A stretch of DNA of 64,000 bases from Octopus vulgaris (GCA_951406725.2 OX597825.1:14322001-14386000); one strand, 5' to 3'; numbered from the stretch's first letter, positions 13,131-26,286 are shown. The notes: a model not told the origin generated them from the sequence alone. A program made the numbers and translations.

Positions 13131-13401
13131 GAATGTTCACGGTATTTTGATCTCTCGTATGACATCTAACGAACGCTAGTATGACAAATCCATTAACCTT
13201 CCTATATGGGTATATTAAAGAGTGTCGCGACCTATGGCTTTTGGCTGGTGTGTGGTGGGGACTGATTGATATGGGGAACAAAAATATGTTGCTTGAGCTG
13301 CATATAGAATTAACGGAACAATACTTGCAAACATTTCACATATGTTATTATCACACAAACAAACAAACTGCTATAACTAGATGAGAGAAAAACACTGCTA
13401 A
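13131..13401 (+). repeat. Left arm of a ~270 bp high-identity inverted repeat (partner 14722-14995)
   Basis: GGCTTTTGGCTGGTGTGTGGTGGGGACTGATTGATATGGGGAA is the exact reverse complement of TTCCCCATATCAATCAGTCCCCACCACACACCAGCCAAAAGCC. Confidence 0.9.
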
Positions 13402-14721
13402 TGGGTGTAGATTTATTTATGTCCCTGTTACCTTGCGGTTCAACAAATTGGAAAGAATACGATAGAATAATACAAGGCTTAAAAAATAAGTACTATGATC
13501 GATTCGTTTGACTAAACCCTTCCAGGCGGTGCCGGAAATTGTCTGCAGTCTAACGACTGAAACTAGTAAGAGATCAAAGATAAACTCTGAGAGATAAATG
13601 TATGTTGAATTTTGAAACACTCTCTAAGTTGGCACCCCGTTTAATGTTATCACCACAAGAGACACTACGCAACTATTTTCGATTATGTTTACAATTACTG
13701 CTGAGCTCTTTGAGACTTCTGACAAACGTAGAGCGTTGTTGGTAGTGTCGTTGGGAAGTCACGAGATGGTACCTCGTAACGAGTTCATAATGTCAGCGTT
13801 TATTATTTTGCCAAAGCTGTCAGTTTCATTAGGCTTTGGAGATTTTCATATCAAACGTTTGAATAATTCCTCAAACATAACTACCATACTTTTCTTCAAA
13901 TTTCCAGTTTAATTATATCGATGCAAACAGGTGTGTGTGCGTATGTGTGTTTGAATGTGTGTCTGTGTGTATGAATATGGATGTGTGTGCACGTGTCTGT
14001 ATGTATCTGTGTGTGTGTGTACGTACGTGCGTGCGCTTGTATTTATGTGTTTATGTTCAATATTTGCAAACACATGAATTTTGTCCGAAGGGAATTTGTT
14101 TGGAAATAAAGTGAGGCTTGTTATAAGTTATAAAACAGAAAGTTACTTCGATGTTTCGAGAAATTATTTGTAAATTACACGTATTATGTTCTAAGAATAA
14201 TAACAACGAATATTCCTTTACAAGTGTTCTTACATAATTTAGCGAAGAAAATGCAATTAATTGTAATTATCTTTCTAGTGATTAAAATATTCTGCGTTAT
14301 ATTTGCAATACTAAATAACTGCTATAGAATTGAATCTAGTTTTATACTTCAGACGTTAAAGGAGTAAAGAATTTCTGTCAATGCTCTTATAGCAGGGATT
14401 CGTATCCGGTTCCCTGGGAGATCAGACATCACGAGCGAACCACTACGCTTTCACGCGATCGGTGTATTAACAAACCAACCGACCAACCAACCAACCATTC
14501 AGGCTGAAATCATAGTGTGGACAGATTTTCTCGAACATTCTAGAATTTGACTTCCCCTCCCTTCATAATAACATTTCTACGCGTATTTTTACCAGTCAGG
14601 TGATCCAGCAAGTCGACTAAGTTAGATGACAGGAACCTCGCTCGCCACGAATATAGCAGCATTGTATCCAGTTATGATGGACAAGCCACATGTCGCCGTG
14701 TCAATAGCTTACCGTAAACTC

Positions 14722-14995
14722 TTAGCAGTGTTTCTCTCTCAGAATGTAGTTATTGCAGTTTGTCTGTTTGTGCGCTAATAACATATGTGAAATGTTTGCG
14801 AGTATTGTTCCGTTAATTCTACATGCATCTCAAGTAACATATTTTTATTCCCCATATCAATCAGTCCCCACCACACACCAGCCAAAAGCCATAAGTCACG
14901 ACACTCTTTAATATACCTACATAGGAAGGTTAATGGATTTGTCATGCTGGCGTTCGTTAGATGCCATACGAGAGATCAAAGTACTCTGAACATTC
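14722..14995 (-). repeat. Right arm of inverted repeat (partner 13131-13401)
   Basis: Reverse-complement match across the arm with scattered substitutions. Confidence 0.9.
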
Positions 14996-15120
14996 CGTAA
15001 TGCATATATGGTAGTCGAAGTATTATTTATACAATTAAAAATCTATTCGTACTGGCGTTGTCACTGCAAATAGATATTAACAAAGAACGACAAATTTTAG
15101 ATGTACTGTTTTATGATGTA

Positions 15121-15468
15121 CTAGCTCTATGACCCGGCAACACCGAGTCATAGTGCTAGAGCGTACATATACAGCTGCGTGCGTGCACACAGACACGCGA
15201 GTACTGTCCAAATCTCCGACCAATCGCATAAAGCTAGCTGGCATTCAATTGGCATATCAAGTTTTGGATAGAAATTTCACAAAAAAGTCATTTCTATTGA
15301 TTTTTTAATGGCTTTGCTGTGTGACTAGGGAAATGTAAAGTTGTGTACGACAACCCTTGGGCGATTTTAAATGAACATAGTAAGTGCGAGCTCTCTAACT
15401 AAAAAATTGTGGATTTGCATACAGGACACACACACAGGCAGAAAGTTTGCCGTTTATATATAGAGAGA
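15121..15468 (-). mobile_element. Diverged non-autonomous Helitron related to 7598-7974
   Basis: Plus strand starts CTAGCTCTATGACCCGGCAACACCGAG and ends TGCCGTTTATATATAGAGAGA; same terminal architecture as the other two copies. Confidence 0.6.
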
Positions 15469-16904
15469 TATGTAATGCAATATTATACAGAGTAGATTCA
15501 TTGACAAATAATGTAGCAATGTTTAACAAATGATACAGGTTCAGTTCTGATTCGTAAAACGTAACATGGTATATTATATTATAAATGTCGCAATAATATA
15601 GTTGCGTAAATTACGATAGTATAGCTTAATTTTTACTATCGATCGAAGGCGTTCCAACTGTGACCATTGCATCTATTTTTGATATGTCTAGAGCTGTATG
15701 TCTTTCCTTTCTTGAAAACGGTAGGAATTTTGAGAAAATTTGAGCTCCATTGCTATAGTATTACACCTAACTGTGTTTCTCTCTGAAGTTTCATCGTACC
15801 TAAAAGTCAAAAACATGTACAACAATATGGTGTCTGAAATGCAAAAAGACTAAACAGTCATGGGTGGCTGGATTACTTGTCGAAAGTTGACCAGATGCTA
15901 TACAAGAGCAACACCATAAAACAATATAAAAAATAAACCAACTCAATTCGAAAGAATGTCTTTCATTATGAGCATTCCCCAGGCACCATGAGTACAGAAC
16001 AGCACCACGCGATAAAATTTGCAAATTTCGGGATATGATACACGACTGGAAAGACGTAACCCTTGTTTTACATGAATTTAGGGATAATTTGGAATATAGC
16101 AAAAGGCCTAGCTAGATACTTATGCGCTCGTTCACATTATAGCTAAATCCTAAACCCTATCACATCCTAATAGATCCAATGTGAACGTCGAAGTTGAGAG
16201 TAATCATGGCATCATAAGATATGAAGGAATTTTCGCCAATTCACTTTTTATTGATATATAAGTGTAGAACGTAGATTGATTTTAATTTAAAGATACGAAC
16301 ACGTTCGATTATATTTGTTTGGCAGATATATAAACACATCTTTGAAATGTGATCATGTTTGAAATTCCGGTAATGCAGCTTTTACAGTCTGGAGATGTGT
16401 TTCCGTTCATGACATTACCAAACACGGAGGGAGACGAAACATAGAAGAAGATATATAACTAAATATACATTTTTACAATATCTTCTTATTGATAATGACA
16501 GAAAATGAATACCACGAAATATCTAGGTGATACAAATAGCAGACAAATAGCAGTTGCTGGAATATTTAATGAAAGGATTCGATTTAACTCGTTCAATTCT
16601 TCAGCCAATGACACGTTTGCAGTATTTGCTGCGAATACGAAGATTGGTATTACAAGTTTCCAGCTGTGAATTTGCCATTGATAAATGAGGAATAATTTCC
16701 TGAATTACATAGTAAGAAAAGATGAATGAGTTTTCAGGAATTTTGTTTGTCTTGAAACCAAACCAAGAAACGAAATAGAACGATGAACATGTGATTTATT
16801 TCTCTTAGGATATAAACTTATTATTTTTTTTACTTGGCAGCTGTGCTTGGGTGAGGATTATTGCATCTAAGTCCTATTTTAAAAATAATTTTTACTATAC
16901 TGCC

Positions 16905-17047
16905 GGCATGGCTGTCTGGTTAAAAAGCTTGCTTTGCAACCAAAGGATTTCGGGTGCAATTCCACTGCACAGCAACTTCTTCAACTCTTTTATGGGACAA
17001 CCAATGCCTTGTGAGTGAATTTGTGAGACGGAATTGTGGAAGCTCGT

Positions 17048-17050
<3 letters not shown>
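16905..17050 (+). mobile_element. Degenerate SINE family A head and core
   Basis: GGCATGGCTGTCTGGTTAAAAAGCTTGC...CCTTGTGAGTGAATTTG...GAAGCTCGTC. Confidence 0.65.
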
Positions 17051-17109
<59 letters not shown>

Positions 17110-17367
17110 CCGCTCTAGACATATCAAAAACAGATGCAATGGTCATAGTTGGAACGCCTTCGATCGATATATATATATATATATACGAATGGGTTTGTGT
17201 GTGTGAGTGTGTGTGTTTTATCCACCACACTTTGATTAGTGTAGGTTTGTTAACGCTCCGGTAATTTAGCAATTTGGCAAAAAAAAATAAAGATTGATCG
17301 AGTTTGTAACAGACATATAACTAAGGTCGATTTGTTCGACTAAATCCTTGAAGATGTAGCTCCAGCA

Positions 17368-18268
17368 TGGTAGAACCGTTAGCATGCCAGGCGAATGCTC
17401 AGCGGTATTTCGACTGCCGTTACGTTCTGTGTTCAAATTCCGCCGGATTCGTCGTAATCGACTTAATACGTTTGTCTGTCCTTGTTTGTCCCCTCTGTGT
17501 TTAGTCCCTTGTGGGTAGTAAAGAAATTGGTATTTCGTCAGCCGTTACGTTCTGAGTTCAAATTCCACCGAGGTTGACTTTGCCTTACATCCTTTCGGGG
17601 TCGATTAAATAAGTACCAGTTAAGTACTAGGGTCGATGTGATCGACTTAATGCGTTTGTCTGTCCTTGTTTGTTTCATCTGTGTTTAGCTCCTTGTGGGT
17701 AGTAAAGAAATTGGTATTTCGTCAGCCGTTACGTTCTGAGTTCAAATTCCACCGAGGTTGACTTTGCCTTACATCCTTTCGGGGTCGATTAAATAAGTAC
17801 CAGTTAAGTACTAGGGTCGATGTGATCGACTTAATGCGTTTGTCTGTCCTTGTTTGTCTCCTCTGTGTTTAGCTCCTTGTGGGTAGTAAAGAAATGGGTA
17901 TTTCGTCTGCCGCTACGTTCTGAGTTCAAATTTCGCCGAGATCGACATTGCCTTTAATCCTTTCGGGGTCGCTTAAATAAGTACCAGTTACGCACTGGGG
18001 TCGGTATAATCGACTTAATCCATCCGTTTGGCTGTCCTTGTTTGTCCTGTCTGTGTTTATCCCCTTGTGGGTAGTAAAGAAATTGGTATTCCGTCTGCCG
18101 TAACGTTCTGAGTTCAAATTCCGCCGAGGTCGACTTTGCCTTTCATCCTTTCGGGGTCGATAAATTAAGTACCAGTTACGCACTGGGGTCGATGTAATCG
18201 ACTTAATCTGTTTGTCTGTCCTTGTTTTTCCTCTCTGTGTTTAGACCCTTGTGGGCAATAAAGAAATA
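17368..18268 (+). repeat. Tandem array of SINE family B: one head plus five ~184 bp body units (first internally deleted)
   Basis: Units start at GGTATTTCG-like motifs at 17404, 17529, 17713, 17897 and 18085; each ends in AAAGAAAT. Confidence 0.9.
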
Positions 18269-19079
18269 AGAAAGGTATATAGACGTGCTTATTGACTCAT
18301 CATTTTTCTAAATAAAATCAGATAATTAACATTACTACGGTGAGGGAAATGCTATATGCCATTTTTATCTTGCACCTGGTCAATCCTGGGGAAGTACATA
18401 TTGCGGTAGGGTAGACCGTAGCACACGGTATTAGTTTTACAAACGGAGTGCATCGTAGAATATAATACCAAATGCGTCTACTTTCTTAAAGACGGCAGGA
18501 AGTATTTAGGTGTTCTGTTTTGGTAACATGGAAACCCCGCACACCCACTGCGCGCATGCATTTTCTATAATTATGAATGCTTGTGTGAATCTGTGTATAC
18601 TTAAACGTATCTGTTCGTGACCGTCTGTGTGTTTGTGTAGGCAGACTGACTGAGTAAACAAATTACTTCGAGGCATATATAATTATCTGGAGAAATAGAA
18701 TTTTCTGGAAACCAGGGAATCTCATAGCGAATTATCTGGAATTTTAATCAGTTAAAATGGTTGATACGACATTCAATAAACTCAAAGTATAAACACAATT
18801 AATGATAATCAAATCACACATAATGTTTGTAATATGAATCAAATACATAGATTAAAAACCTATCCCAAACTTTATAAAACAGAAATACAAAATACATGGA
18901 AATCTAACCGAATTTCGGTAGAAGACCAGCAGCTTAATAATTTCTAGGACTTTAGTGTCATATATTTTATTGACCCTGAAAGGATGAAAAGCGGACATCG
19001 GTAGCATTTGAATGCTGAATATAAATGATATACAGCATTCTATCCGGCGTTCTACCGCTTCTGCCAGCTCGCTACATTC

Positions 19080-19155
<76 letters not shown>

Positions 19156-19180
19156 TAATAATAATGATAATAATAATAAT

Positions 19181-20125
19181 ATGGAAAATCACGAGAGACG
19201 AAAGAAGCTTCATTCTATCATCAAGGAAAGCAAAAAAATTGCTATTGATCTCGTGCAGGATACCCAAACTGAACAACCCGAGGGAAGTACGGCAACTATT
19301 GTTGCAAAGAAGGTGAAAATGATGGCAATGAAAAAAGCGCATGAGCAAATGGCTGATAGGTGGGAGGAGAAACCTCTGCACGGCAAATATGTGACCTGCA
19401 GCAAACAAGCTGATGTTGACCAGAAGCAAACCCATCAGTGGCTGCGGAGCTCAGGGCTAAAAGCAGAGAGCGAAGGTTTCATCCTGGCTGCTCAAGACCA
19501 AAGCCTATCAACCCGGAACTACCAGGCCAATGTGATGAAAAATGGAGCAGACCCAAAATGTCGATTCTGCAACGACATGATTGAAACAGTGGACCACCTA
19601 ATCTCTGGATGTAAAGTCTTAGCACCAGTGGAGTATAAATTAAGACATGACAGAGTTGGCCAATATCTCCACTGGCTAATAAGTCGGCATTACAATATAA
19701 AAACTGCCGACAAGTGGTATAATCACCACCCTGAGGCTGTAACTGAAGGAGAAAATGTAACCATTCTGTGGGACTTTCCAGTACATACAGACCGAACCAT
19801 CAAGGCCAATAAACCAGATATTGTTGTGAAAGACCAAAACAATAAAGTTTGCTTATTGATCGACATGAGCATCCCCTGTGATCATAATATCTCAACGAAA
19901 GAGTTTGACAAGCTCAGAAAATATAAAGACCTACTCATTGAAATTGAGAAAATGTGGCATCTCAAGGCGGTTACAATACCAGTGATCGTAGGAGCACTAG
20001 GAATGATCAAGAAGGGAACCGAAAATTATATGAGAATGATCCCTGGCTTACCATCCCTGCAAGAAGTGCAAAAGATTGTCTTAACTGGTACATCACACGT
20101 ATTGAGAAGAGCATTGTCGATGTGA
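19181..20125 (+). CDS. C-terminal 314 aa of an R4/Dong-like non-LTR retrotransposon ORF: CCHC zinc knuckle plus restriction-like endonuclease, no RT domain
   Basis: Stop-free; motifs KPLHGKY, AAQDQSLSTRNY, CRFC-x7-DHLISGC, RHD, LWDFPVHTD, KPDIVV...LIDMSIP, K..KY, IPVIVGALG. The first 52 codons of ORF 19025-20125 are SINE remnant plus (AAT)n. Confidence 0.9.
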   Translation: MENHERRKKLHSIIKESKKIAIDLVQDTQTEQPEGSTATIVAKKVKMMAMKKAHEQMADRWEEKPLHGKYVTCSKQADVDQKQTHQWLRSSGLKAESEGFILAAQDQSLSTRNYQANVMKNGADPKCRFCNDMIETVDHLISGCKVLAPVEYKLRHDRVGQYLHWLISRHYNIKTADKWYNHHPEAVTEGENVTILWDFPVHTDRTIKANKPDIVVKDQNNKVCLLIDMSIPCDHNISTKEFDKLRKYKDLLIEIEKMWHLKAVTIPVIVGALGMIKKGTENYMRMIPGLPSLQEVQKIVLTGTSHVLRRALSM

Positions 20126-20298
20126 GAACTGTTGCTGCTCATGTATTTTAATTTAACTTAAAAAAAAAAAAAAAAAATGAACGAACTACTGAGTTTGGTT
20201 TAATGGCCTACCAATATACACTATGAGTTTCTTTGCCCTAGGAGTCGGGAAGACACTCGGCAAGAAATGGAAGAAAATTTGAAAGAAGAAATAAAAAG
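19181..20298 (+). mobile_element. 5'-truncated RLE non-LTR retrotransposon inserted in (AAT)n
   Basis: (AAT)n at about 19085-19180 and 20299-20499; 3' UTR end GCCCTAGG...ACACTCGGC...GGAAGAAAATTTGAA is shared with the 5.6 kb copy. Confidence 0.9.
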
Positions 20299-20423
20299 TA
20301 ATAATAATGATAATCTATAATAATAATAATAATAATAATAATGATAATAAAAATAATAATAATGATGATGATGATGATGATGATGATGATAATGATAATA
20401 ATAATGATAATAATAATAATAAC

Positions 20424-20484
<61 letters not shown>

Positions 20485-20499
20485 TTAATAATGTTAATA

Positions 20500-21027
20500 A
20501 TGCAGTACCAGGCAGTGGCTCTCATGGCTTTGAATCATAACTTATTGCAAGCGTTATCGTGTACATTTTTTGTCTCGGCATAAAAGATGGGCTGCAGCAA
20601 ATATTCTGCTGAATACCACAGATTTGTTTGTCAGTTGTTTGACCTTAACCAGTTGACTATGTCCCTTTGTGGCTGAGGATAAGTGCATCTCTGATTACGA
20701 GCAGAAGTAGTGGGGGATCATCATAGATATGTGTTGAAAGGAATTATTTGGGGTCTGCATAATTCACCTCTGGAAACATGGCTGTTTTGGTCATCATCCT
20801 TGAAACAGATAATATTCAGTGGCATTTTGAGCAGGATAGGCTACTCGACCACAAGAAAGTTCTAACTGGATCCCACCGTCGAGTTCATACGCTGTCTATC
20901 TCGATAGATGGTTGTGATGCATGCGCCTGGTGTACCCTTATCAGACGGGTAGTCATGATGGTTATACTGGGCTTCGTATATTTGTACCCAGTGTCACTTT
21001 GATGACATGCGTTGCTCTCCCACCCAA
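20500..21027 (+). mobile_element. ~530 bp interspersed repeat bounded by (AAT)n, no clear ORF
   Basis: (AAT)n on both sides; 3' part repeated at 12992-13130 on the minus strand. Confidence 0.65.
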
Positions 21028-21383
21028 TAATAATAATAATGGTTTCAAGTTTTGCTACAAGAACAGCAATTTTAGGGGAGCGAACTAGTCGATTACATCG
21101 ACCCCAGTGTTTAATTAGTACTTATTTAACGCGAGTATGACTTATGTTGTGGGCGTATCTATCTATCTTTCTATCTACTTAACTATCTATTTCGTACTTT
21201 GTCTTTATATATACATACTTACATACATGCAGATTTGTAGAAGGCTTTATAAATATATACGTGTGTATAAACAATGTGTGCTTATACTAAAGATATAGTT
21301 GTATACATGCGTAAATTTCTACAAGCGTATGCATACATGATCCGTCCATAAGTTCATTCATATCTGCACATATACATACATAC

Positions 21384-21468
<85 letters not shown>

Positions 21469-21979
21469 GAAAGTAAAGAATGCCAAGCAGCATTGCATGT
21501 ATAGGTAGCCGACTCCTTCATATTTGTTTGGATGTGTGTATGTATGACGTTAAGAAGTTCGGCGTGTTTTATCTTTGGCATAGAATTTACCAGTATCGTG
21601 TTTTGAAATATGTTGCGTGTGCATTTGTCTTATCTGAATACCATAGATAATTTCCAATACCTTGAACAACGATTTAACGAAGTCAGGGGAAATATCAATA
21701 TCAAGAACTGGTTCCAAAGAACGAACGAACGTGAAATAGACGGTGTAATAGACAATGTTATTCATAGGATGGTGTCTGACATTATGTCATCGTGGTTATA
21801 TTTTCTTGTTGGGGATGGAGTCGGTGAATAGTATCATACATATATATATATATATATATGTTTTTTTTTATATCCTTGAACAGAACAAGAAAAGTGAACC
21901 GGAAGGTAGAAAGTGAACTACATAATCATGTTGCTCTTACAAACTTAATTATTCTTACACTGTTGGATAGAAACCTGAA

Positions 21980-22021
21980 ACTTTACATGTTTCAGACAAT
22001 TTCAAAGAGTTTCCTCAGAGT
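21980..22021 (-). ncRNA. Minimal hammerhead-like motif
   Basis: Minus strand ACT-CTGAGGA-AACTCTTTGAAATTGTCT-GAAA-CATG-TA-AAGT: canonical core, palindromic stem III, GUA triplet; stem II poorly paired. Confidence 0.45.
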
Positions 22022-22281
22022 AACTTGAGGGTCGAAATATTCGGCCATTCACGACAAAAGCTGGCGTTCAAAAGCATCATTGTTAAGCTGTCTGTATGTA
22101 CGCAGGTATGTATATATTTATATGTATATACATGCCTGTATATATGTATGTATTTACACACAAATAAACACACACAAACACACATATATATATATACGTA
22201 CAAATACATATATATGTGTGTGTTTTCTGTGTATGTGTATATATATGTATGTATGCATATAGATGCATATATATATATATT

Positions 22282-22437
<156 letters not shown>

Positions 22438-25400
22438 CACATACACATTCGCATACACATCCAAATAATCGAAATATCGCATACACCAGCAGACACCTTC
22501 ACATATACATACGCATGCGTATACACATACAATGATGGACATACATAGATATATATATATACACTCGCAAGCATGTATACACATAATGACGAAAGCAAAT
22601 TTACGTATATACATACTAATACATCGGGTGTATAAATATTTGCGTATATCTGAATGCAAGTATATAAATTCTTACTACACCAGGAACTATTGATTCATTT
22701 TCGACTCCTGTCAGAGACATAAATCAGCAAAGTGTATAGTCACAAAGAAATCGCACTTATAACTCGTGTATAGCGCGCACCGTATTCTACCTTGCGATGA
22801 AAGACAATGTTTTATACCAAGTATAGAAAAAAAAATCTTACACACTGGGGTCGATTTATGCCACTGAAATTCTACAAGGTGGTGCTCCAGCATGGCTGTA
22901 GTTTACTGATTGAAACAAGTACAAGATAAATAAGACTGGACATATTTCTTCAATTAATATGAACAATCACGGCAACAATTAATCTGTTTGATAATTAGTA
23001 CACAATAATATAATTGCATGCAGACGTCGCATACTTTTCCGTAATAAACTAGAGATTCCTGCATTTAGTGATGTTTATTGAATTGCATGCCTCAATTAGA
23101 ATTTCAAATTTGCACCGAAAAAAGTCTCTAAAACAAGCGGTTTCACAGATTTTTCGCTGCTAATTTCAGATCATGTGACAAGGGTTTCTGTGATCGTGTT
23201 CAGTGTTGACAATGACATTGAGTGCATAAAATATTCTAGAGTTTATTATATATATTTTTTTATTTTCACTTCTGAACTAGAAATGACCGTATCATAGGGG
23301 TAGTTTAATCCGTGTAAATGCTTGAATAAAGACATTTCCATTTTATTCCATAAATGAATTCACTCAAAACATTGCTCCCTTCGTAGTACCCCTCCCCAAC
23401 GACTGGCAGATTAATAAATCTTTTTCAAAGCTACTTCCATGAAAATAACGCACAAACACGTGAACATTCCAAATCAGCAATGTCTGTTGACTCATTCATT
23501 TGAAAAGGGAATTTCAAGCTTATTTTAACGCATCTGGGCTCATTTTCACGGATATATGCATATCTTAAAGCTGCTATGAAAAACGATAGTTTATCGATAT
23601 ATTTCATGCATCTTATCTATAATATGGTCCCAAAATGTTTCACATAGTGCACTATGCTTTCTGAAATTGTATGGGTTTATACTTTGTTTTGTTACTGTAT
23701 AACACATGACATTTAGTTATGGGTAAGTATTTAAAAAAATATTTTGCAAAATGTCGAAAACTTTGCTTCTAATTAGATTCAACATTAAATATTTTCTTTT
23801 AAAATATTTTCCCCTTGGATTTTATTTCGAAATGCCTGAACATTTTAATTCAGTCGCTTGGCTGATTTGTTCCTTTAATGCGGCTGGAAACACTTGAATA
23901 TCCAGTTCAGGCGTGAAACACAAATATCTGTTCACATTGGATTTTCTCCATCACTAGAACGGAATTTAAATGGCAGAGATTTAGTAGTGTCGTTAAAACG
24001 TAGAGTAGAGTACTTTGCACTGATTTCTCCGTTTATGTGCCTCCCCGAGTTCAAATATGACCGGCATTAATATTGACCTCCGTCGTTTCAATACGTTCTA
24101 GTCTCAATAAATAAGCTATCGATCAAGTCCTGAATTCATTCCTTCTCTCTGCCTTTGTTGCATTTTAGCTACCTCTCTCACCTTCCCCTCTCTCTTTCTC
24201 TTTGTCTTTCTCTCCCTCGCTCACTGAATCGTTTAACTTATCCTTTAGAGTAAATGGATAAAACTCACGTCGTCATTTTGTTCAGAAATATAGGAAGGTG
24301 AAACGAAGAGAGACTTAACTTTCATTGATATTGACATGTCGCTCGCGCTGGCCAAGGGCAGATATACATATATGCAATACAACAAGGAAAGAAAATAAAG
24401 AAGAATCCTCGGGCGAGTGCTATTTTGGCAGCACAAAATACTTCATTCTACTCATATTCTTTTCGTAATTGATTCTGAACGACATGGTTATAAGCATTAC
24501 AAACATAATATGATGGACCCTGAAAGGTTACAGGCTCTGGGCAAAAAGAATATAGAAGAAGATAAGTTAATCATGATTTTATTTAATGTATTCCCCTCTC
24601 AGATTCATACGCTTCTTGCAGTGGTCCTTCAGCTTTTCTAAGCCCTGTATAAGAACTCAGAAATTTGAGCCTCCAAACATGTCTTTCGCAATTTCCTTAA
24701 AGCGAGGAACTTTCCAACACACACTCGTAGGAAGAATTTCAACCGTGTTTCGTGGTCTGCTACCACAACAGCTCCTTTATAGGATCCAGTTAGCTCAAGA
24801 CATCACCAGGAGGATCCACGTCCGGTTTCGGCCTCTACTCCTCTACCGTTTTCACGTGGCGGGTCCCCCACCCTTTCGAAGGTGTCTTCAGCTCTGGTGT
24901 TGGGTGCATGTCTTCTTTCTTCTTCTTTCTTCTGTTCTCTGGCCCCTTCGATGTAGCGTCAACGAGTGTCAGCGGGCGACTAACTGACTGACTTGTCAAA
25001 TCTTTTCCCTTTGAATACCTGCTGCTTAATAATCGAGATAGTGCTAGCATTATTTGGTGCACACGGAAACGTTAGAATTGCAGATCAATCTTACAAACTT
25101 TTGAACAGGAAATATATGTATTTCTTTGTCAAAACGAAATTTAGAACATCATATAACAAAAACAGATAAAGCACATATGTGATGTTGAATACATGTAAAT
25201 AAATCCTTGGCCTTCAGCCATAACTTGCGTTTCCTCGCTAATATTGATGATAAAACATACGCCTGTGGTTACCTTTATGAATCTGTATTTAGGTTTATTT
25301 CATAATGGAAATAACACATGTACAAACATCGACAAATAACATATGTAAAAATATTTATACCATGTTTAGAATATTTCAGTGAATGTATCATAAATTGTAG

Positions 25401-26057
25401 TTTTTCATTGCATTGTATAAATACATTATTCTGCGCATGTCTGTTGCTGGTTTAATATTATTTTACTGACGTTGACTAGACTATTCTGAACAAACGTGTT
25501 CCTAACATATATCGATATACATTATATAACGGAAATAGAGAATAATAGGTACAACAGTGTATATATTAACAAAAGAAAATACGAATAAGAATGAGTTTAC
25601 TGATAATTATTTTCCCCTTTAAGGATTAGATGTTTGTAAATTGTTTGACGTTTACAAATCGCATCGTGACACTTTTCTTCTTCCGGAGAACAGAGGTTTT
25701 TTTATCATATAAAAAGAACCGCTGATTCTGTAAACGTATTTACTATACTACTCTGAATATAATAGCTTTTTGAAATTTTGTTGTGTGTTGTTATAATTTG
25801 TGCAATATTTTTGCAAACACAATAAGCCATAAGAATCTTATACTTATTAAATATTCTATATTTATGACTGATTGGAAAATATTTTTCAGTCGCTATATTG
25901 AACAATTGGGAAAAATTATAATTTACTAATTTACTTGTTTACCAGATGGAATAATTAGCCATAAAGTATTCTTCGGGTTAATATCATAATCTTCATGTTT
26001 ACACTCGTTTTTCGAAGAAATATTTAATGTATGCATAATACAAATATATACATAGAA

Positions 26058-26113
<56 letters not shown>

Positions 26114-26286
26114 AGATTTGGAAATGATGTACAGGTATTTTATATTAGAAGAAATGAGGCACTCAGAAAATCGGATGGTTTATATTTACAGATATTTATT
26201 TGTATATTACATTTTTTATATAACTTAGATCATGTATTAGCGATTTCTCCCATTCTAGTGGGGTTTTCACATCAAACTAAGTTCCC

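Noticed and set aside
14390-14450. tRNA-like A/B boxes on the minus strand (similar case at about 700-775)
   Set aside because: No complete cloverleaf; more likely decayed SINE heads than tRNA genes.
17368-18268. CRISPR-like regular array
   Set aside because: The whole ~184 bp unit repeats with no unique spacers, the units are SINE bodies, and the context is eukaryotic.
19025-19180. N-terminal poly-Asn extension of the 366 aa ORF
   Set aside because: It derives from a SINE remnant and the (AAT)n target tract; element homology starts at about 19181.
24586-25062. GC-richer stretch with overlapping ORFs, possibly a LINE ORF1 relic
   Set aside because: I could not identify a diagnostic motif with confidence.
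26222-26285. Minus-strand hammerhead-like fold with AACTTAG/CTAAGTT stem
   Set aside because: The core is too degenerate to call, although the TA-flanked context fits a Penelope-like terminus.
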